A stretch of 64,000 nt of DNA from a virus (Duplodnaviria; Caudoviricetes): the IMG/VR virus record IMGVR_UViG_3300032093_000005; one strand, given 5' to 3'. The notes beneath the pieces are model-generated. The model saw only the letters and a program-made list of their open reading frames with translations, was not told the origin of the DNA and made no database searches. Position numbers and translations under genes: made by a program. Below, one piece after another: positions 18,470-25,987 of this stretch; position 1 is the stretch's first letter, and every line of letters begins with the position of its first letter.

Positions 18470-19422
18470 CGGAACTCACACTCCACCATAATTTCAGTTA
18501 ATGCTGCTAGGAGGTTAATTTCTTGGTCAGCCACGAACGCACATTGGTATTGATACTTAGCAATAACAAGAACGGCAGCAGGGATAGATTGGGGAAGTAA
18601 GCAATCATAAGTGGCGTCGTAAACCCTGCGAAGAAGACTAGAAGCATCGTTGTCCAAGTTGGAGACCACCCACTTTCGGACTTCAGAAAAGTTCTTATCT
18701 TTGAGATTTTTAATAAGTTCATTTACAGAGATGTCTGAGAAAGATGCAAGAATGCCTGAGTCGATTTTTCCTCCTGTAGAATACCTCTGGCATTCGTTGA
18801 GGACCCTACGAAAATCTGGGAAGTGTTTTGTGACAAGTTCAACAACAACCTTTTCATCGTACTCAATTTTCTCCTGATCCAAGATTTGAAGAACTCTTTT
18901 GAAGAAACTTCCTGCAAGTTGTTGTTTCTGCTTCCCTTTAATAGTAAAATCAATGACCGCACATCGGGAATGGAGAGGTTCAATAATCTTGTTCTTGTAG
19001 TTACAGGTGAAGATGAATCGGCAGTTGTTATAAAATGCCTCAATATTCGCCCGTAGTAGGAGTTGAACATCATTACCGGTATTGTCTGCTTCGTCAATGA
19101 TGATGACTTTGTGTTTAGAAGATCCCGTAAGTGAGACGGTCGAAGCGAAGTTCTTTGCTTGGTTTCGTACAGTATCCAGGAAACGTCCTTCGTCGGATCC
19201 GTTGATGACATAATAATCTGCCCCCAATTCATTACATAATGCTTTTGCGATTGTAGTTTTACCAATACCAGGAGGTCCTGCAAGAAGAAGATTTGGAATC
19301 TCACCCTTCTCTACAAACTCCTTGAATGTTTTTTTAGTATCATCGGGAAGAATACAATCCTCAATTACTTGAGGACGGTACTTTTCCACAAAAAGAAATT
19401 CACTTGCCATAATCAAATCCAA
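18466..19422 (-). CDS. gp44: Clamp loader ATPase subunit (gp44-like)
   Basis: EKYRP, GPPGIGKTT, IIDEAD, SRC motifs. Confidence 0.97.
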   Translation of the reverse strand: MDLIMASEFLFVEKYRPQVIEDCILPDDTKKTFKEFVEKGEIPNLLLAGPPGIGKTTIAKALCNELGADYYVINGSDEGRFLDTVRNQAKNFASTVSLTGSSKHKVIIIDEADNTGNDVQLLLRANIEAFYNNCRFIFTCNYKNKIIEPLHSRCAVIDFTIKGKQKQQLAGSFFKRVLQILDQEKIEYDEKVVVELVTKHFPDFRRVLNECQRYSTGGKIDSGILASFSDISVNELIKNLKDKNFSEVRKWVVSNLDNDASSLLRRVYDATYDCLLPQSIPAAVLVIAKYQYQCAFVADQEINLLAALTEIMVECEFR

Positions 19423-19925
19423 TCAGGTTTACGTTGGGGCAGTCGAAGGTAGTTATCTTTTACCCAATGTTTTGAGGCAATATACCTTTTGTATGCGGTA
19501 AAGGTATCAATGCTATCATCAAATTTCCATTCCTCAGGCATTGCCCGAGCAAATGGAGTTACTTCTGGAATCTTTCCTCTTGGGAATAAGTAGAAAGCAT
19601 CTACAAGAGTCTTGTAGCAGGAGTGAGTTTTATTATACCGCATAGTATACTCATCACACAAGTTCATTCCCCACTTGATCAACCAATAGGCATTGTGAAT
19701 ACTATCTGCTGCCCATTTTGTACAGGGATGATTGCGAAATGCGCCTTTTTCTGTTTTGTAGGGAGTATTGTCTGTTTTATACAGGTGCCCATACCCGTGT
19801 CCCCATTTTTCTGATGCAACAATGGAAAGCATTTGACAGCATTCCAGAGGCATCTTGACGATATGTTTATCGGGAAGACAAATAGCACTCTCTGCTGGCC
19901 AGGGAGAGGTAACGAAGATATTCAT
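19413..19925 (-). CDS. Pyrimidine-dimer DNA glycosylase family protein (DenV-related)
   Basis: MNIFVT...DKHIVKMPLECCQMLS...NHPCTKW; start taken at MNIFV. Confidence 0.8.
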   Translation of the reverse strand: MNIFVTSPWPAESAICLPDKHIVKMPLECCQMLSIVASEKWGHGYGHLYKTDNTPYKTEKGAFRNHPCTKWAADSIHNAYWLIKWGMNLCDEYTMRYNKTHSCYKTLVDAFYLFPRGKIPEVTPFARAMPEEWKFDDSIDTFTAYKRYIASKHWVKDNYLRLPQRKPDWI

Positions 19926-20356
19926 CAGAAGCAATACTTTTGAAGAACATACTTGACTTTTTCGGGTTTGTCCTCCATCCAAAATGCCTCCCTATCAATA
20001 TATTTAAGTCTAGAATCGAAAGTTATCACTTTCTTTAGATCTTGTTCTTTTTGATAACTTAAAGGCATGAAAGATGGATTAATACCAAAAGAATCTAAAA
20101 AAGTAAATCTAGTTTTACAAGATTGTGCAACATGAACAGACTCATGCATTAGAGTCTCATTAACATTAATATGCAGATTTTCAAATTTTTTCAGAGTATC
20201 TGTACACATTGTTAGAACTCTTTTTGCACTATCGTAAAATCCAAAGATGTCATACTTTTTGCAAATAGGAGCATTTTCAACTACTCGAACTTTGTTAGAT
20301 ACCATTCTATAGACATCCATTTGTTGAGTAGAAAGATAAAGAAGAAATTCCATCAA
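19925..20356 (-). CDS. Hypothetical HExxH protein
   Basis: ETLMHESVHVAQSCK plus EREA-like DREAFWME. Confidence 0.7.
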   Translation of the reverse strand: MMEFLLYLSTQQMDVYRMVSNKVRVVENAPICKKYDIFGFYDSAKRVLTMCTDTLKKFENLHINVNETLMHESVHVAQSCKTRFTFLDSFGINPSFMPLSYQKEQDLKKVITFDSRLKYIDREAFWMEDKPEKVKYVLQKYCF

Positions 20357-21039
20357 CAGAAAGTAGAATCAGGTTCCAGAGCAATATAATACTTCAGATT
20401 GTACTTGGTGTTCGTGAACTGAGACAAAAGTTTAGAAGACACCACCACATCGTAGGCACCAGGAATAATCTTGATGTTCTCTACCTTGAAGTTGAAGGTG
20501 AATTCAGCATCGGTCTCACCAACCACAATGGCATACTCGTTAGAAGTATCGTTCTTCTTATCACGAACCACCAGTTTGATGACACCTGCCTCACCAACAG
20601 CAGACAAGTCGGGCAGTTGATACACTGCTGCTGCCTTCACCAGTTTCTCCAAAGAAGTGCTGTCCAGTTGGAAACAAACATCTTGAGAAGGAAGTTGAAT
20701 CTCTTTATCAGGAGGAGAAATAATCACGTTAGGATCGGCATAGAAATATTTCACCCGACGTTTACCTTCTTTGATGCTGAGATACGATTCTTCGGTAAAG
20801 TCCAAATCAGGATCCTGGTGAAGTCCCAGACCATTAAGAAACTGGTTCAGATCGTAGATAGCAAAGTCACGGGGGAACTCTTCATTAATATCTGCTTCAG
20901 CAAGAATGTTTTTTGCTACAGAAATAGTACGAAGTTGATTACCCTGCTTCACAAGAATGGAGTTGTTGATACCAGCAAAGTTCTTCAGGAGAGCAAGGGT
21001 ATTATCAGAGAGTTTCATAGTTTTGTTTTGGAGTTTCAT
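20353..21039 (-). CDS. gp45: Sliding clamp (gp45-like)
   Basis: MKLSDNTLALLKNFAGINNSI...FAIYDLNQFL...YYIALE. Confidence 0.95.
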   Translation of the reverse strand: MKLQNKTMKLSDNTLALLKNFAGINNSILVKQGNQLRTISVAKNILAEADINEEFPRDFAIYDLNQFLNGLGLHQDPDLDFTEESYLSIKEGKRRVKYFYADPNVIISPPDKEIQLPSQDVCFQLDSTSLEKLVKAAAVYQLPDLSAVGEAGVIKLVVRDKKNDTSNEYAIVVGETDAEFTFNFKVENIKIIPGAYDVVVSSKLLSQFTNTKYNLKYYIALEPDSTFC

Positions 21040-21041
21040 AA

Positions 21042-21437
21042 TCAACGGAATTCGGACAGACCATTATTCTGACGGGAATAGTGCCCATCGAAGTGGAGCA
21101 GAAGCATAGCATAGTGAATAACTTTGAGAAGATCACGTTTGTTGCGACCATCTTTATCACCATAGCGACTTCCATATTTCAAGATGTTTGCCTGACAGAA
21201 ACCTGCAGCAAGTTTCTTTGCTGCCATCAGGTCAATTGTTTGAATATCATCATAACCTTGCTCATCACCACAGTAATGTCCGTGATAAGTGCTAGTCACA
21301 TAATCTTCAACATCTTTGAAGATCTTGTCTTCATTATATTTCCAAAGATTGTTTTTAGTTTCATTCATAGAAATAGTGTACTCATTCAGGTTTCTTTCGT
21401 CTTCTGGACCAAACATAATAATAAAGGGAAGGGTCAT
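21042..21437 (-). CDS. Conserved phage protein (DUF3310/SaV-like)
   Basis: YHGHY...GFCQANILKYGSRYGDKDG...DLLKVIHYA; start uncertain. Confidence 0.75.
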   Translation of the reverse strand: MTLPFIIMFGPEDERNLNEYTISMNETKNNLWKYNEDKIFKDVEDYVTSTYHGHYCGDEQGYDDIQTIDLMAAKKLAAGFCQANILKYGSRYGDKDGRNKRDLLKVIHYAMLLLHFDGHYSRQNNGLSEFR

Positions 21438-21452
21438 AATTTACCTTCCCCA

Positions 21453-21481
21453 ATTATATCAGAATGTACGGTTCAGGTCAA
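21453..21481 (-). promoter_or_regulatory. Sigma70-type promoter for the gp45-gp44-gp62-regA operon
   Basis: TTGACC-17 nt-TATAAT overlapping the cobS stop. Confidence 0.78.
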
Positions 21482-22601
21482 CTTCGTGACCGCCCTCAAT
21501 CGTCAATTCAAGTTCACTAGTGGGCATCTTGAAGTCAGCATCCACTTTATCATACAGTTCCAGAAATGCTTGCTTGGTTTCGTCATCAAAGCGGTTCACA
21601 CACACTTGAATTGCCTTCGCCTTATCATTGAAGATACTGTAGGCACGGATGATATGAACCAAGCGACGGGTGCTGATGATTTCCTCAATACCACCATCGT
21701 AGAAGGTCTTGCGGATGATGTCTGCCCAGTCTACCAGGCGCTTGCAGAAGTCACGGTCTTCCACTTGCAAGTCCAGAGCGATGCCTTCCAGAATCTTCTG
21801 TTCGGTAGCAGGGGCAGGATAGGACTGCTCAAAGGTCACAGGGAATCGTTCCAAGAATGCTTCATTAAGAACATTAGTGCCAATGAATCGACCATCATCA
21901 CTACCTTTACCTTTGGTATTAGCAGTAGCAAAGACATTAAATCCAGCAGAAGGTTTTACAAACTTACCAATCTTTTTCAGGAAGACACCTTTACCTTCCA
22001 GAATAGATTGAAGACACAGAATCTTGTTAGAAGCAAGGTCAATCTCATCCAGGAGTAGAATCGCACCCCTCTCAAGTGCTTCCACCACAGGACCATTGTG
22101 CCAGGCAGTTTCACCATTCACAAGACGAAAACCACCAATCAGGTCATCCTCATCAGTCTCAATCGTGATGTTGACACGAATCAATTCACGTTTCAGTTGG
22201 GCACAAGCTTGCTCCACACCGAACGTTTTACCATTACCCGAAAGACCCGTAATGAACGTAGGATAAAAAAGACGGGACTGAATAATCTTTTTGATATCAC
22301 CAAAATTACCAAACTTGACGAAGGTATCATCTTTATCAGGAATGAGGTTTTGTTCCACAGCAGGGAGGGCAGCAGGTGCTTGATAAGAACGCTCAATCTC
22401 TTCAACACGTTCTTGAGTAATTTCAAGATTCCAACGACCACGATCTGTTTTGAAAGGTTCAAGATAACGAGTTACCGTAGGATAAGAGATTCCTTTAGAT
22501 GCACAGTAACCACGAACATCTGCAGCAGAAAACTCAGTACCATACATAGACTTGAGTTCGGAAATGAGTTGTTCGTTATTCACAGAAGACTTGCGAGACA
22601 T
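21459..22601 (-). CDS. cobS: MoxR/CobS-like AAA+ ATPase with N-terminal helical domain
   Basis: GLSGNGKT Walker A, DEDDLIGG, LLDEID Walker B, ATAN, NEAFLERF, ISTRRL. Confidence 0.9.
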   Translation of the reverse strand: MSRKSSVNNEQLISELKSMYGTEFSAADVRGYCASKGISYPTVTRYLEPFKTDRGRWNLEITQERVEEIERSYQAPAALPAVEQNLIPDKDDTFVKFGNFGDIKKIIQSRLFYPTFITGLSGNGKTFGVEQACAQLKRELIRVNITIETDEDDLIGGFRLVNGETAWHNGPVVEALERGAILLLDEIDLASNKILCLQSILEGKGVFLKKIGKFVKPSAGFNVFATANTKGKGSDDGRFIGTNVLNEAFLERFPVTFEQSYPAPATEQKILEGIALDLQVEDRDFCKRLVDWADIIRKTFYDGGIEEIISTRRLVHIIRAYSIFNDKAKAIQVCVNRFDDETKQAFLELYDKVDADFKMPTSELELTIEGGHEVDLNRTF

Positions 22602-22633
22602 GATGTAGTTGGGTGTTTCATTTGAACTCTCAT

Positions 22634-22690
22634 ATTATACAGACAAAAAAGGGGCAACCAAGTGCCCCATGTGACAGTTTTGAAAGTGTC
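22634..22690 (-). promoter_or_regulatory. Motif-hairpin-(-10) promoter, copy 1
   Basis: GACACTTTCAAAACTGTCACA, GGGGCA/TGCCCC hairpin, T6, TATAAT. Confidence 0.7.
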
Positions 22691-22693
22691 CAA

Positions 22694-23734
22694 TCAACGC
22701 ATTGATGGGTTTCTTTCAGCAGCACTCATTGATCCATGATCTCTAGGATCATCATCATCTTCTCTGTCTCTCATTTGCTTTTGTCTTTGCTTTTTCATTT
22801 TTAAATTTTTCTGAGTCTCCAAATCAGCATCAGAAGTTTGTTGTGCTCTTGCAGTTGAAGATCCTCTTTTTCCTTTTGCCTGCAACTTATAAAAAAGGCG
22901 AGTTGCTTCATCAAGATCTTCTTTACTCATGTTTGCCATGAGAACTAAAGCATCTTGATTGGTATCAGCGTAACCTTCAGCAACTAAGTATTCAAGAAGG
23001 TAATCAAAAAGGTCTACTTCCTCTCTTACACCTGCAGATGGTCCGCCAGATCTATATCCAGCAACTCTCTGCGATAATGCTGATTTTTCTCTTGCCTTTC
23101 TTTGTGCTTCATCTTGTGGTTTGGTTGTCAATCCAGAAGTAACAGAACGATCTAAACCTCTGACAGTTGATGTTCCACTAGACATGCCAGTAGGTCTAGT
23201 TCCAACACCACCACCAAAATATCCAGGAGAAATAGGAGTTCTTGGTCCAGATGGTGCTGCCACAGTTGGTTTCTCTGGTGCTGCCATAGATCCTGGACCT
23301 TTTGGCATATCAACCATTAAAGGATTAGGAGTTTTTGTTAATTGTGGTTTTTGTGAAACAACTGGAGGTGTTGTTGTTTTATCTACTTTTGGTTTTTGTG
23401 CTGCAGGCGCAGTTACTTTTGGTTTTTCTCTTGGTGTTCTTTTTGGTCTTTCAGTTCTACCATCATCTCTTGTCTTTGGTGAAGGAAACTTTGGAATATT
23501 TACTCTAGGAATAGAATTATCAGGTTCAGGAAGGGTTAGTCCTGGAAAACGAGGAACTACTGAACGAACACTATATGGATTAATTAAACTTTTTACACCA
23601 TATTGAGTATCAGCAGCATGTGCCTCATCAATGAGATCAGATGAATTATTATACTCGTTTGCTTTCTCTCTCAATTCATCATTATAAACTGCCTCATACA
23701 TAAGGCGAATATCTTGAACCTGTTGGGAATTCAT
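22694..23734 (-). CDS. Putative capsid-internal protein (YLxxEGY family), Pro/Lys-rich
   Basis: EEVDLFDYLLEYLVAEGYADT; ATAAATA at 23760-23766. Confidence 0.72.
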   Translation of the reverse strand: MNSQQVQDIRLMYEAVYNDELREKANEYNNSSDLIDEAHAADTQYGVKSLINPYSVRSVVPRFPGLTLPEPDNSIPRVNIPKFPSPKTRDDGRTERPKRTPREKPKVTAPAAQKPKVDKTTTPPVVSQKPQLTKTPNPLMVDMPKGPGSMAAPEKPTVAAPSGPRTPISPGYFGGGVGTRPTGMSSGTSTVRGLDRSVTSGLTTKPQDEAQRKAREKSALSQRVAGYRSGGPSAGVREEVDLFDYLLEYLVAEGYADTNQDALVLMANMSKEDLDEATRLFYKLQAKGKRGSSTARAQQTSDADLETQKNLKMKKQRQKQMRDREDDDDPRDHGSMSAAERNPSMR

Positions 23735-23765
23735 ATGAGTTGTTGTACTTTTCTAAGATTATTTA

Positions 23766-25910
23766 TTACGCAACCAACTCCACAAACTCCCCAAGAATAC
23801 GCTTGTTCATCTTCTTAGACTTCAAACTCTTCACAAAAGCAGATTTGATTTGAGACTTGGTAGCATCTTCAGCAACCTCAAATTCAGATTCCTGAGCAAG
23901 AGTTGCGGCAGAAAGACCAAAGTAGGAATGATAACCAGAAGACTTGATAGTAAATGCCTTTTCTTTTTTCCAGGCATTCATCACCTTATCATAGGTGTCA
24001 CCATAATACCCACAATAGCGGCGAATAAAACCACCAGCATCACGAGATTCCAGAACACGAATACCGATAAAGTTCATATCAGTAAACCTGTCCCGAAGAT
24101 TGCGAAGCAGAACATCAGTGAACTCGTGATACTCACAATCGCAAGAATAAGTCATACCAGTCTTACGGTCACGGAGAAAGGCATTAGGACCGATATGAGC
24201 AGTGCCCATATAAGCGTCTTCCTCCCAGCGGCGTTGAACTTCACGGTGATACTTGAGCAGAGCACCCTCACCATCAGTCAGAATCACACACTGAACCTTC
24301 TGAAGCTTGTTTTCCTTCTGGAACTTAGGAAGAATCTGATGAAGAGAAATCAGTGCCTCATTCAGCGGAGTTCCCGAAAGACTCATACCCATAGGGGCTT
24401 GATAGGAAGTATAAGAATTATAACGGAAAGAAGTAGCAAGGCGGAAGATATTCTTCATCTGCTCATCCAGAGTCTTGCTGTTTACTTTGCTGGTAAGAAG
24501 ATTCATCATAGAGAACCATTCACCAACCTGAACGAGACCATCCTTTTTCTTATAAGCAAGTTCACGAATGTTTGCCTTACCATCTTCATACTTCACCAGA
24601 GGATAATCAGTAGTGAAGGCATAAACCTCAAACGGAATTGAGACCTTCTTACAGAACCAAACAAGGTTGAACAGTTGTTTGACCGTATCCATCATCACTT
24701 CGCACATAGAACCAGACCAGTCCAGAACGAACACCAGACCGTGATTCTTACCATCAGAAAGAGTGGTGACTTTCTTGAAAAGGTCTTCGTTATATTTGTA
24801 AGTATGAAGTTTGGTGCAGTCCAGAACACCAGTGCGAGCAGTGGTAGCACGGGCATAGGAATCTGCTGCCTTGCGACATTCAAACTCTTTTACCAGATAG
24901 TTGACTTCTTTCTGTGCAGAACGCTTGAACTCTACAAAATCCTTATCAACTTTACCAAACACATCAACATAGTTCCATTCACGATCTTGAAGAAAAGAAC
25001 TCCATGTTACTTTACACTTTTCATGGATTTCAGAATTGGGAACAATTACTTTATTAAGATCAAGTTTAGGAAGTTCAAGGTATACATTCTCATATCCATC
25101 ATTGTTAATGAGATCTTTAAGTGCTTCCTCAAGATTGTCCATCGTCTTAACTTCAGGTTCTTCACCATCATCAGGACTCTGAGAAGTAGGTTGCTTCTCC
25201 TGTCCAGTTTCACTCGTTGTGGGAGGTTGAGATTCACTATCAGATCCAGGTTGGTCATTCTCACCCTCTTGCTGATCTGAAAAATCAGAGGCAGGTTGTT
25301 GACTTGCACCAGAATCCTGAGACTCCAGATTATCAATTGGAGTCTTAGTTTCTTCCTGTTGCTTTTGCTTACAATACTTATAAAGTGCCTCAGAAGCAAT
25401 CAAAACATCGGCAAAGGTCTCAGTATCGGCAATCAGATTGATAATCTCAGTCTCTTCACCACGTTCAATAGGTACATCAATATAGTTACCGATCTTGAAC
25501 CAAAGGTTGGCACGGTCAGCAAGATTATAGGTTTCCAGATTGTCGTCTTTGAGTTGGAAGAAATCATCATCGGCAAGTTCTTTATAACCGTTATAGAAAG
25601 TCTTGGCAAGACCAGGATAACGGCGTTTCATCAGTTTTTCGATACGAGCATCCTCTACAATGTTCACAAACTGAGGAGGGACTTTAACTTGCTTAGTCCA
25701 GTCCTCATCGGGAGTATAAAGAGCATGACCAACTTCATGACCAACCAGAAGGTCATAAACAGTGTTGCTTGCCTTTTCCCACATCGGCAGGGTCAACACA
25801 CGGGTGTGTACATTGAACTGAGCAGTCTCTACCTTCTTGTGCTCAACCACAAGGTCTTCGGTGGCAAGCAGTTTGGCAAGTTGAGACTTGATTTCGTGGC
25901 GAACGGTCAT
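23766..25910 (-). CDS. HExxH metallopeptidase-VWA domain protein (CobT-like partner)
   Basis: VGHEVGHALYT; NIVEDARIE; MIDAS LDWSGS; SGTPLNEAL; ILTDGEG; start MTVRHEIK. Confidence 0.88.
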   Translation of the reverse strand: MTVRHEIKSQLAKLLATEDLVVEHKKVETAQFNVHTRVLTLPMWEKASNTVYDLLVGHEVGHALYTPDEDWTKQVKVPPQFVNIVEDARIEKLMKRRYPGLAKTFYNGYKELADDDFFQLKDDNLETYNLADRANLWFKIGNYIDVPIERGEETEIINLIADTETFADVLIASEALYKYCKQKQQEETKTPIDNLESQDSGASQQPASDFSDQQEGENDQPGSDSESQPPTTSETGQEKQPTSQSPDDGEEPEVKTMDNLEEALKDLINNDGYENVYLELPKLDLNKVIVPNSEIHEKCKVTWSSFLQDREWNYVDVFGKVDKDFVEFKRSAQKEVNYLVKEFECRKAADSYARATTARTGVLDCTKLHTYKYNEDLFKKVTTLSDGKNHGLVFVLDWSGSMCEVMMDTVKQLFNLVWFCKKVSIPFEVYAFTTDYPLVKYEDGKANIRELAYKKKDGLVQVGEWFSMMNLLTSKVNSKTLDEQMKNIFRLATSFRYNSYTSYQAPMGMSLSGTPLNEALISLHQILPKFQKENKLQKVQCVILTDGEGALLKYHREVQRRWEEDAYMGTAHIGPNAFLRDRKTGMTYSCDCEYHEFTDVLLRNLRDRFTDMNFIGIRVLESRDAGGFIRRYCGYYGDTYDKVMNAWKKEKAFTIKSSGYHSYFGLSAATLAQESEFEVAEDATKSQIKSAFVKSLKSKKMNKRILGEFVELVA

Positions 25911-25931
25911 GGGTTTGTTGCGTATGAACCT

Positions 25932-25987
25932 ATCATACAAAAAAAGAGGGTGATGAGACCCTCTAGTGTGCCAGTTTGAAAAGTGTC
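25932..25987 (-). promoter_or_regulatory. Motif-hairpin-(-10) promoter, copy 2
   Basis: GACACTTTTCAAACTGGCACA, AGAGGGT/ACCCTCT hairpin, T-run, TATGAT. Confidence 0.7.

Noticed and set aside
21081-22058. 325-aa plus-strand ORF
   Set aside because: Antisense shadow of cobS and the DUF3310-like gene, with no recognisable motifs or RBS; typical of codon bias on the coding strand.
21459-22601. cobS as a cobalamin-biosynthesis auxiliary metabolic gene
   Set aside because: No CobN or other cob genes in the window; generic MoxR AAA+ features; its partner carries a peptidase domain.
23850-25979. Long plus-strand ORFs (263, 201, 227 aa)
   Set aside because: Antisense shadows of the VWA-peptidase gene.
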